Shown here one piece after another: positions 43,948-52,091 of a stretch of DNA of 64,000 bases. Position 1 is the stretch's first letter. Every line of letters starts with the position of its first letter. Where the stretch lies: NCBI GenBank assembly GCA_034520945.1, contig JAXHNB010000010.1, forward strand, positions 96,001 through 160,000. The letters run 5' to 3'. The notes under the pieces are model-generated. The model did no database searches and was not told the origin of the DNA. It saw only the letters and a program-made list of their open reading frames with translations. The DNA is from Trueperaceae bacterium (lineage in GTDB: Bacteria; Deinococcota; Deinococci; Deinococcales; Trueperaceae). Position numbers and translations under genes: made by a program.

Positions 43948-44553
43948 TCAGTCCGCCCAGCCGTCCAAGTGCGCGTGATCGTTGATGGACACGAAGGTGA
44001 CGCCGCGTGCCTCGAAGCGCAGGCGCGAGATGCTGGTGTTCCTGGGCGCGATGCGCCACGCGCCGTCCTTGGGGTGCCCGAGGATGCCGTACAGGGCGCT
44101 CACGATGGCGCCGCCGTGGCTGAACGCCGCGAAACGGCCCTGCTCGGGCAGGTCGTGCAGGAAGGCACGCACCCGCCCGGCAAGATCGCCGAACGACTCG
44201 CCACCTGGAACGCGCCGCGCGACCGGATCCTCGCGCCAGTGCCGGGCCTGCGCGGCCAGCTCGTCGCTCAGGGCGTCCCAGCGCTGGCCTTCCAGCACGC
44301 CGTACGACAGCTCCCGGAGGCGCGCGTCGCACCGGATCGCCGCGCCCGGCAGCGCGGTCTCTGCGGTCACGCGGGCGCGCTCGAGGTCGGACGCGAACAC
44401 CTCGTCGAACGTCACCGATCCCAGGCGGCACGCCAACGACCGGGCCTGTGCCAACCCCGTCGCGTTCAGCGGCACGTCGGACGCGCCCTGGATCCGCCCG
44501 TTCAGGTTCCAGTCGGTCTCGCCGTGCCGAATCAACCACACCTCTCGCACCAT
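43948..44553 (-). CDS. Histidine phosphatase family protein
   Basis: LIRHGETDWN, SDLERA..TA, LRE..YG, PGGES, SHGG. Confidence 0.92.
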   Translation of the reverse strand: MVREVWLIRHGETDWNLNGRIQGASDVPLNATGLAQARSLACRLGSVTFDEVFASDLERARVTAETALPGAAIRCDARLRELSYGVLEGQRWDALSDELAAQARHWREDPVARRVPGGESFGDLAGRVRAFLHDLPEQGRFAAFSHGGAIVSALYGILGHPKDGAWRIAPRNTSISRLRFEARGVTFVSINDHAHLDGWAD

Positions 44554-44719
44554 CGCTCCCGCGTGCAGCCCTGGCCCGCGACTGCGGCGGCATCCTACCG
44601 CACCCCCGCCGGGGCGCGCGGCCCGATCGGGGCCCGGTCAAGCCGCTTACATGATCGAGCTTGTCAGCTTCTTAGGGTGGGCGCATGTCTCGTCGTTCCC
44701 CGTCCCCCGCGACGCCGCC

Positions 44720-45553
44720 ATGAGCGGCGCCCCCGACCTCCGCGTGTTCGTGTCGGCCCAGGAGGCCCGCGCCCTGGCCGAGGCCGAGCCGGTCCAGTTC
44801 GTCGACGCCCGCAGCCCCCGCGCCTACCGCGAGGAACACCTGCCCGGCGCGATCAACCTGGCCGCTCGCGAGCTGAACCCCACCGAGGACGGGGTCCGGA
44901 CCCTCGTCACGGCGGAACGGTTGGCCGAGCGGCTCGCGGACCTCGGCCTCGGCGCGACCCCCGTGATCGTGTACGCCGCCGCGGGCGGCGCGGACGCCGC
45001 GCACGTGTGGTGGACGCTGGACGCCTTCGGCCATCGCGCCGTCCACCTCTTGGACGGCGGGATGCGGGCCTGGCGCGGGGCCAACCTGCCCGTCGAGGAC
45101 GGGACGCCGGCGGCGGCGCCGGAGGGACCACGCTTCGAGCCTCGTCTCGACGACGCCCGGCGCATCGAACTGCCCGAACTCCGGGACCGCCTGGAAGACG
45201 AGGATCTGCGGATCCTGGACACGCGCTCGTGGGACGAGTTCACCGGCTCGATGGTCGCGGCGCGACGCGGCGGCCACGTGCCCGGCGCCGAGCACCTCGA
45301 TTGGGAGGACCTGCTGGACCCCGAGGGCCGGCTGCGGCCCCGTGACGCACTCCAGCGCGCCCTGCGGCGCTACCTGGAGGCACCGGAGGTGGCGGTGTAC
45401 TGCCAGAGCGGCGTCCGCGCTGCGCACACCTGCGGCGTGCTGCGGGAGCTCGGCCACGCCGGCGCGCGGCTGTACCTGGGGTCGTGGGGCGAGTGGGGCA
45501 ACCGCTCCGACACGCCCGTCGTCACCGAAACCCCCGAGGAGGTGGGATCGTGA
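44720..45553 (+). CDS. Two-domain sulfurtransferase (rhodanese)
   Basis: HLPGA, LLDGG..AW, GHVPGA, active loop YCQSGVRA, LYLGSWGEW. Confidence 0.9.
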   Translation: MSGAPDLRVFVSAQEARALAEAEPVQFVDARSPRAYREEHLPGAINLAARELNPTEDGVRTLVTAERLAERLADLGLGATPVIVYAAAGGADAAHVWWTLDAFGHRAVHLLDGGMRAWRGANLPVEDGTPAAAPEGPRFEPRLDDARRIELPELRDRLEDEDLRILDTRSWDEFTGSMVAARRGGHVPGAEHLDWEDLLDPEGRLRPRDALQRALRRYLEAPEVAVYCQSGVRAAHTCGVLRELGHAGARLYLGSWGEWGNRSDTPVVTETPEEVGS

Positions 45554-46740
45554 ATCGTCGCGAGTTCTTGAAGGTGTCCGCCGCCGGCGTGGCCTTGGCC
45601 AGTGTCGGCCCGTTGGGCCACGTCTGGGCGCAGGGCCAGGACGGTCGCCGCGACCTGATCGTGGTGTCCAACGGCGGCGACGCCGACACCGAACCGAGCG
45701 TCAGTTTGATCGACCCCGAGACCTTGCAGGTGCTGGCGACCCTTCCCCTTGCGGACGGGTTCTCGCTCCCAGCCACGCGGTGGCACTTCGCACGCGACGA
45801 AATCTGGACGGGCGGCCCCAACGACGCGGTCAGCGTCTACCGCCTCTCCAGCGGCGGCAAGGTCACCGAGCTGGTCACCGGCTCCAGCCAGAACTACACC
45901 GAGATCACGCCGGACGGCCGCTTCGTGATCGACGCGGCGCGCTTCGAGGATCGGTACCTCAAGATCGTCGCCGACCCCAATGATCCCGAGTATGGCCGCC
46001 CGGCCGCGCAGTTCGACACCTACGACGGCGCCAGCCCCTGCGACATGACCATGACCCGCGACGGCCGCTACGCCTACGTGCCCGACCGGGGCGGCGACAC
46101 CCTGTCGGTGCTGCGCATCGACCCGTTCGAGCGCATCGCCGTGATCCCCATGGAGTCGTTCACGGGCGCGCCGCTGGAGCCGTACATGGCGACGGTGTCG
46201 CCCGATGGGCACTACCTGCTGGTCGAGAACGCCAAGGTGGAGGGCGGCTCGGAGACCGGAAGCGAGTCGGTGTTCGACCTGTCCGACCCCGAAAACCCCG
46301 TCGAGGTCGCCCGTCTCACGCCCGAGGATGGGCTCGGCGTGGGGCCCATCACCAGCGAGTTCACCCCGGACGGCCGCTACGGCATCGTCATCTGCCGCGA
46401 CTCCTCGGAACTGTCGATCATCGAGCTAAAGACGGCGTCGGTGGTGCAGAGCGTGACCTTCCCCGAAGGGTCGAACCCGATCACCGGCACGTTCGCCTAC
46501 CGGCCGTCGGCCGAGACGTTCTTCGTCCCGCTGCCGGGCCGTGACGCGGTGGCGGCGGTGACGCTCCCCGACTTCCAGGTCGCCACTCTGATCCCGGTCG
46601 GCGCGCGTCCCGTCGGCGTGGTGTACCTGGAGGCGTCCGTGCCCGAGCGTAGCGAGGCGGGGCACCTCTTGGGCGTGGCGTTGGCGTCGGGCCGCACCTT
46701 CCCCGCGGGCTGCCCCGACCGTTGCTGCGGACCGGTGTGA
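45550..46740 (+). CDS. Tat-exported YncE/YVTN-like beta-propeller protein
   Basis: NRREFLK twin-arginine signal; repeated TPDGR/SPDGH/TRDGR blades; C-terminal GCPDRCCGPV. Confidence 0.75.
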   Translation: MNRREFLKVSAAGVALASVGPLGHVWAQGQDGRRDLIVVSNGGDADTEPSVSLIDPETLQVLATLPLADGFSLPATRWHFARDEIWTGGPNDAVSVYRLSSGGKVTELVTGSSQNYTEITPDGRFVIDAARFEDRYLKIVADPNDPEYGRPAAQFDTYDGASPCDMTMTRDGRYAYVPDRGGDTLSVLRIDPFERIAVIPMESFTGAPLEPYMATVSPDGHYLLVENAKVEGGSETGSESVFDLSDPENPVEVARLTPEDGLGVGPITSEFTPDGRYGIVICRDSSELSIIELKTASVVQSVTFPEGSNPITGTFAYRPSAETFFVPLPGRDAVAAVTLPDFQVATLIPVGARPVGVVYLEASVPERSEAGHLLGVALASGRTFPAGCPDRCCGPV

Positions 46741-47660
46741 GCACGGCCGGCGCGTCCCGCCGCGGCGCCGTGGCGCGGGGCGTCGAAGCGGTCCTGGCGG
46801 CGGCGTTGCTGGCGGCGGCCGGCCTGGGCCTGTACAGCGTGAACCGCCCCCTGCCGAACGCCGACGCGCTGCTGACCGACAGCGTGCCGGCGGGCGCCGT
46901 CGTGGTGGACGCCCGCGGCTCGCTGGCGTACCGCCAGGGACACCTGCCCGGCGCGCGCTCGGTGTGGTCGCGGTCGTTGCTCTCGTTCGACGGGGCGGTG
47001 CCCGGGATGCTGGCCGCGCCTGAGGCCCTGGCCGAGGAACTCCGTGCGGCCGGTCTGACGCCGAACGACCGGGTGGTCGTGTATGACGACGGCGACGGGC
47101 GCGATGCGCCGCTGGTGCTGTTGGTGTTGCGCGCCTTCGGCCTGGACGCGCGCCTCCTGGACGGCGGGCTGGAGGGCTGGCGCGCTGCGGGGGGTGCGCC
47201 CCAGAGCGGCGGGCCCGGAGAGGTGACGCCCAGCGACGCCCCCTTCACCTTCGACACGCAGCTGGTGGTGTCTGGCGATGAGGCGGCCGAGCACCTGGCC
47301 GACGACGCCATCGCGCCGGTCGACGTGCGCGCCGCGGGCGCGTACGGCGCCGAACACCTGGAAGGCGCCATACGGTTGGACGCCGAGGCCCTGCTTCCGG
47401 ACGGGTCGTTGCCACGCTTCTCCACGCTGGACGCGCAACTCCGGCAGGTCCGCCTGACCCGCGACACGCACCCGCTGATCTACGGCGCCGACGTGCGCCA
47501 GGCGGCGCGCGCGTGGCTGACCCTCGCCGCGTATGGGACCGAGCACCTGCACGTCTACCGCGGTCCCTTCGAGGGCCTGGCGCAGGCCGGCCTGCCCCTG
47601 TCCCGAACCGCGGCCGCCCAGGCGACCAGCACCCGGTCCAGCAGCGTATGTTGGCGCTGA
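46737..47660 (+). CDS. Membrane-anchored tandem rhodanese-fold protein lacking the active-loop Cys
   Basis: N-terminal hydrophobic helix; VDAR..Y..GHLPGA, LLDGGLEGW, HLEGA; only Cys is in the C-terminal SSSVCWR. Confidence 0.75.
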   Translation: MSTAGASRRGAVARGVEAVLAAALLAAAGLGLYSVNRPLPNADALLTDSVPAGAVVVDARGSLAYRQGHLPGARSVWSRSLLSFDGAVPGMLAAPEALAEELRAAGLTPNDRVVVYDDGDGRDAPLVLLVLRAFGLDARLLDGGLEGWRAAGGAPQSGGPGEVTPSDAPFTFDTQLVVSGDEAAEHLADDAIAPVDVRAAGAYGAEHLEGAIRLDAEALLPDGSLPRFSTLDAQLRQVRLTRDTHPLIYGADVRQAARAWLTLAAYGTEHLHVYRGPFEGLAQAGLPLSRTAAAQATSTRSSSVCWR

Positions 47661-47733
47661 CGCTGGCACGGACCAGCGTCGGACGGCCTACGCCGGTGCG
47701 CGACCGGCCGTCCCTGTCGGGCGGGCGCGGCCG

Positions 47734-48759
47734 ATGCTGAGCGTGCTGGCCTCGGGCCTGGCGGTGGGGCTGGCGTTCGGCTACGCCCTGCAGCGCGGCC
47801 GCTTCTGCACCAACACCGGTTTCCGCGACGCGCTGTTGATCAACGACGGCACGTTGTTGCGGGCCTGGGCGTTGGCGGTGGTGGTGCAGCTGCTGGGCGT
47901 GACGGCATTGTCCGGCGCGGGCCTGCTGCCCGTGTCGGTGCCGCCGTTCTGGTGGGCCGCCAACGTGCTGGGCGGCGTCACGTTCGGTGTCGGCATGGTG
48001 CTGGCCGGCGGCTGCTCCAGCGGGACCTGCTACCGCGTCGGCGAGGGGCTGGCCGGGTCGCTGGTCGCGCTGATCGCGTTCGGCGTCGGGATCGTGGTGA
48101 TGGCGCGCGGCGCGCTGGCGCCGCTGCAGGACGCACTGCAAGGCTACGAGATCGGCGCCGAGGGCGGCTCGTTGACGGTGGCCAACCTGCTGGGCGTCTC
48201 GCCATGGGTGGTGGTGGTGCCGGTGACGATCGGCGCCGCCGTCTGGTTCTGGCGGGCCGGGGCCAGCCGCTACCGCAGCGGCGGCTGGGATTGGCGTGCC
48301 GCCGGCGCGTCCCTGGGCCTGATCGGCATCGCCGCCTGGTTGGCGTCCAGCGGCACGGGCCGCCCCTTCGGGCTGTCCATGACCGGCCCGCTACGGAGCT
48401 GGTTCGAGGGCCTGTTCGCGGGGGACCTGGTGGTGGACTGGGGCAGCATGCTGATCGTGGGCCTGCTGCTGGGCTCGTTCCTGTCCGCCTGGTCCAACGG
48501 CGAGCTCCGCTGGCGCGTCCCCAAGGGTGGGCGGCTGTTGCAGTCCGGCGTCGGTGGGCTGGCGATGGGGTTCGGCGCGCAACTGGCGGGCGGCTGCACC
48601 ATCGGGCACAGCCTCACCGGCCTGTCGGTGTTGTCGGTCGGCAGCATCGTCACCACCCTGGGCATCGTGGCCGGCGCGTGGGGCATGGCGACCTGGCTGT
48701 TCGTACTGCCCGCCCGCCGCATGCAGCGCGAGATGGCCGCGCCGGCCGCGACCGACTGA
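47734..48759 (+). CDS. YeeE/YedE family sulfur-compound transporter
   Basis: QRGRFC, LAGGCSSG and LAGGCTIGH (the three conserved Cys); multiple TM helices. Confidence 0.9.
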   Translation: MLSVLASGLAVGLAFGYALQRGRFCTNTGFRDALLINDGTLLRAWALAVVVQLLGVTALSGAGLLPVSVPPFWWAANVLGGVTFGVGMVLAGGCSSGTCYRVGEGLAGSLVALIAFGVGIVVMARGALAPLQDALQGYEIGAEGGSLTVANLLGVSPWVVVVPVTIGAAVWFWRAGASRYRSGGWDWRAAGASLGLIGIAAWLASSGTGRPFGLSMTGPLRSWFEGLFAGDLVVDWGSMLIVGLLLGSFLSAWSNGELRWRVPKGGRLLQSGVGGLAMGFGAQLAGGCTIGHSLTGLSVLSVGSIVTTLGIVAGAWGMATWLFVLPARRMQREMAAPAATD

Positions 48760-48842
48760 CCCCGGCCCGTTGGCGTCACGACCGTGCGCAACGTGCGCGC
48801 ATCGCCGGCGGTCACGACCGTGCACCCCGACGAGGAGGCTTC

Positions 48843-49073
48843 ATGTCCGACACCACCACGCTCGACGTCCGCGGCGAGATCTGCCCCTACCCCCTGTTCG
48901 AAACCAAGAAGGAGCTCGAAGCGCTCCCCTCCGGCGCGACGCTGGAGGTGCTGATCGACTACCCCCTGGCGTTGGACAACGTGACGCGCTGGGCGGAGAG
49001 CGCCGGCCACGAGGTGACCCGCGTCGAGGAGCTCGGCGCCTCGGAGTGGCGGATCGTGCTGACGCGCGCATGA
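48843..49073 (+). CDS. TusA-family sulfur carrier (YeeD/YedF-like)
   Basis: LDVRGEICPYP, LEVLID; RBS GAGGAGG. Confidence 0.9.
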   Translation: MSDTTTLDVRGEICPYPLFETKKELEALPSGATLEVLIDYPLALDNVTRWAESAGHEVTRVEELGASEWRIVLTRA

Positions 49074-49123
49074 CGCCTCGGGCCGGCGCTCGTCTCCCGG
49101 CGCTCGTCCCCAGGCGCGGCGAC

Positions 49124-50128
49124 TCACCCGGCGAACAGGTCGTCGCCGGTGATCGCCTTCGCCTTGCGGGCGTACGCCGTAGGGCGCTTGTGGAAGAAGT
49201 CGACGTGCTTGGCGGCGTGCAGCTCCTCCTCGAACCACAGGCACGCCCCGACCGCCTCCGGGTCGGGATTCCACATCGGCGCCGAGCCGACCGCCTCCAG
49301 GGCCGCGTCGAAGCGGTGCTGCAGGAACGCCTCGATCGTCGACACGGGCAGGAACGCCAATTCGCCCTCCGCGAAGATCCACGCCAGGATGGCGCGCTCC
49401 GCGTCGAAGCCCTGCCGGCATGCCTGGCGCACCTCTGCCTCGAAGGTGGCGTCGAACCAGTGGGGGCGTTCCTCGCGCAGGAGACGGATCAGTTGGTAGC
49501 CGAACAGGCCGTGAATCTGCTCCTCGGCGCTGGTGGCGTCGACCACGTTGGCGACGCCCTTGAACAGGTTCCGCTCGCGCTGGAACGCCTTCATGATCAA
49601 AAACTGCCCGAACAGGCTGACGTGCTCCACGAACGCGCTGAAGGTCAGCAGCGTCCGCGCGAAGGCGCGGCCATCGCGCTCCTCGTCGCCGGTCGGGCGG
49701 GTGGCGAGGGCGTTCTCTAGGAAGGCCAGGCGCGTCCGCATGGCGGGCACGCGGTCCAGGCCGGCGAAGGCGTCTTCCAGGCCGAGGAGGCGCAGCAGGT
49801 GCGCGTAGGCGTCCTGGTGCCGCACTTCGGACTCGGCGAAGGTGTAGCCGACGGCGCCCACTTCGGGTTTGGGGTAGCGCTTCATCAGGTCGCCCCAGAA
49901 CGTCTTGACCGCCACCTCCACCTGCGCGATGGCCAACATGGTGCGGGTGATGGCGGTTCGTTCCGGCGCGGAGACGCGGGCATGGAAGTCCTGCACGTCG
50001 CCTTCGAGATTGAACTCGGTGTGCAGCCAGTAGGCGTGCCTGATGGCGTCCCGGTACGGCAACAGTTCCGGGTACTCGACCGGCCGCAGTTGGACGCGTC
50101 GTTCCAGCAGCGATCGGGCGGCCGGCAT
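49124..50128 (-). CDS. nrdB: Class I ribonucleotide reductase beta subunit
   Basis: W.HTEF....D..D, ESEVRH..AY, FVE..SLF..F, EEQIH, DFF.KRPT.Y. Confidence 0.92.
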   Translation of the reverse strand: MPAARSLLERRVQLRPVEYPELLPYRDAIRHAYWLHTEFNLEGDVQDFHARVSAPERTAITRTMLAIAQVEVAVKTFWGDLMKRYPKPEVGAVGYTFAESEVRHQDAYAHLLRLLGLEDAFAGLDRVPAMRTRLAFLENALATRPTGDEERDGRAFARTLLTFSAFVEHVSLFGQFLIMKAFQRERNLFKGVANVVDATSAEEQIHGLFGYQLIRLLREERPHWFDATFEAEVRQACRQGFDAERAILAWIFAEGELAFLPVSTIEAFLQHRFDAALEAVGSAPMWNPDPEAVGACLWFEEELHAAKHVDFFHKRPTAYARKAKAITGDDLFAG

Positions 50129-51834
50129 CACGCCTCGCACGCGGAGCAGGTCAGCAGCTCGCGACTGAATTCCTGCGCCGCATTGAGCGAGTGCTGGTAG
50201 TACAACGTCTTCACGCCCCGTTCCCACGCCTCCAGGTGCAGGGCGTTCAGGTCGCGCGCCGGCGTGGCCGGATGCACCATCAGATTCAGCGACTGGCTCT
50301 GATCCAGGTGCTCCTGCCGCTGGGCGGCCTGCACGATCAGGTCCAGCTGGCTCACCTCGCCGAAGGTGGCGAAGACGCGCTTCTCCTCGTCGCTGAGGAC
50401 GTCCAGCTGCTGCACGCTGCCGCCGTGATGCAGGACGTCGCGCCACACCTTCGGCGTGTCGGCGCCCCGCTCCGCCAGGGTCTCCTGCAGGGCGGGATTG
50501 CGGAAGGTGGTGACCGACTTGGCGAGGTCGCGGACGTGGTAGTTGGAGCGGAACGGCTCGATGGATGGCGACACCTGGCCCATGATGAACGAGCTCGACG
50601 TGGTCGGGGCGACCGCCGTCAGGGTGGCGTTGCGACGGCCGTAGCCCTCCAGCAGCGCCGGCTCGCCGTAGCGGCGGGCCAGCTCGGCGGAGGCCTCCTC
50701 GGCCGCCGCGCGCAGGGTGCGAAACGCCTCGCGGTTCATCGCGGCGGCGGGGAGGCTCCCCAGCGGGATGCGGTGCGCCTGCAGGTAGCTGTGCCAGCCC
50801 AACACCCCGATGCCCAGGGCGCGGTGACGCTGCGCGAAGCGCCGGGCGCGCGCCAGGTGCGGCACCGAGGCGGACCGCTCGATGAACTCGCTCATCACCG
50901 CGTCCAGGAAGTAGGTGAGCAGCTGGACGGCGTCGGTGTCCTTCCACTCGTCGTAGTGGGCGAGGTTCATGCTGGACAGGTCGCACACGAACGACTCGTC
51001 CTCCTGGACGGGCAGCATGATCTCGCTGCACAGGTTGCTGGAGCGGATCTCCAGGCCGCGGTCGCGGTACACGTCGGGCGCGCCGCGCGCCGCGTTGCCG
51101 GCGAACAGGACGTAGGGCATGCCCACCTCGCTGCGGCACTGCAGGACCCGCGCCCAGGTGGCCCGCTTGTCCGGATCGCCGTCCCGCATGGCTCGAAGCC
51201 AGTCGTCGGGCACCACCACGCCGAAGAACAGGTTCTGGATGGGGTGCCCGTCGCTGCGGATCCGAAGGAACTCCTCGACGTCCGGATGGTCGATCGGCAG
51301 GTACGCCGCGAACGATCCCCGGCGGGTGGCGCCCTGCTTGGTGACGTCGATGAGCGCGTCGAACAGGCGCATGAAGGTGACGGCCCCTTCGGAGCAGCCG
51401 TTGTCGCGGATGGGTGCGCCGCGCCCGCGCAGGTCGCCGAAGTAGGCGCTGGTGCCTCCGCCGTACTTGCTCATCATGCCCACCTCGGCGGCGGTGCCCA
51501 GGATGCCGTCCATGCTGTCCGGCACGTAGGACCCGAAGCAGGAGATCGGCAGGCCGCGCCGCAACCCGAAGTTGGCCCAGATCGGCGAAGCCAGCGAGTA
51601 CCAGCCGCGCGCCAGGTAGTCGTAGAACCGCTCCGCGAAGCGGTCCATGCCGGGCAGCAGCGCTTCGGCGCGCTGGGCGATCTGCCATAGGCGCGCTTCG
51701 GGCGTGACGCCGGGCAGCAGGTAGCCGCGTTGCAGGAAGGTGCGGGCGTCGGCGTTCAGCCAGGCGAACGGGGGACGATCGGCGTGCTGCGGAACGCGTG
51801 ACGGCGCGTGGCTGCGTGCACGTGCGGAATACAT
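50128..51834 (-). CDS. nrdA: Class I ribonucleotide reductase alpha subunit (short, no ATP cone)
   Basis: SPIWANFG..RGLPISCF, RRGS, SNLCSEI, APTTSSS, KTLYY, C-terminal CSACEA. Confidence 0.93.
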   Translation of the reverse strand: MYSARARSHAPSRVPQHADRPPFAWLNADARTFLQRGYLLPGVTPEARLWQIAQRAEALLPGMDRFAERFYDYLARGWYSLASPIWANFGLRRGLPISCFGSYVPDSMDGILGTAAEVGMMSKYGGGTSAYFGDLRGRGAPIRDNGCSEGAVTFMRLFDALIDVTKQGATRRGSFAAYLPIDHPDVEEFLRIRSDGHPIQNLFFGVVVPDDWLRAMRDGDPDKRATWARVLQCRSEVGMPYVLFAGNAARGAPDVYRDRGLEIRSSNLCSEIMLPVQEDESFVCDLSSMNLAHYDEWKDTDAVQLLTYFLDAVMSEFIERSASVPHLARARRFAQRHRALGIGVLGWHSYLQAHRIPLGSLPAAAMNREAFRTLRAAAEEASAELARRYGEPALLEGYGRRNATLTAVAPTTSSSFIMGQVSPSIEPFRSNYHVRDLAKSVTTFRNPALQETLAERGADTPKVWRDVLHHGGSVQQLDVLSDEEKRVFATFGEVSQLDLIVQAAQRQEHLDQSQSLNLMVHPATPARDLNALHLEAWERGVKTLYYQHSLNAAQEFSRELLTCSACEA

Positions 51835-51883
51835 CGGTCACCACCTTCTGCCCTTCGACCGAGGGCGCGAGGAGCGGAACCGT

Positions 51884-52000
51884 GCAGCGGGTACTCGGGC
51901 TCGACGCCAGGTGGCGCCTTACCGTTGCGGGACAGCGCCGGATTCGCACCGGCTTCCCCCGTCGTCCGTCGCGGACGCCCCTCCCTGCCAGGAGGGCGGC
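51884..52000 (-). ncRNA. Cobalamin riboswitch
   Basis: GGGAAGCCGGTGCGAATCCGGCGCTGTCCCGCAACGGT core (51921-51958) and B12 box GAGCCCGAGTACCCGC upstream of nrdA. Confidence 0.9.
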
Positions 52001-52017
52001 ACGGTCGTGACCTACCC

Positions 52018-52055
52018 CTAGTAGGTCTTGGGCGTGAGCCTACAACATATGGGGG
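52018..52055. promoter_or_regulatory. Tandem NrdR-box-like sites
   Basis: CTACAACATATGGGGG (52040-52055) and a weaker CTAGTAGGTCTTGGGC (52018-52033) resemble acaCwAtATaTwGtgt. Confidence 0.6.
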
Positions 52056-52091
52056 GCGTGGGGGCAACCCGTGACCGGTCGGCCGCGAGTA

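Noticed and set aside
50129..51949. 941-aa ORF 49124-51949 as a giant or fused RNR beta subunit
   Set aside because: The N-terminal roughly 600 aa is an off-frame shadow of nrdA; beta homology starts at ATG 50128.
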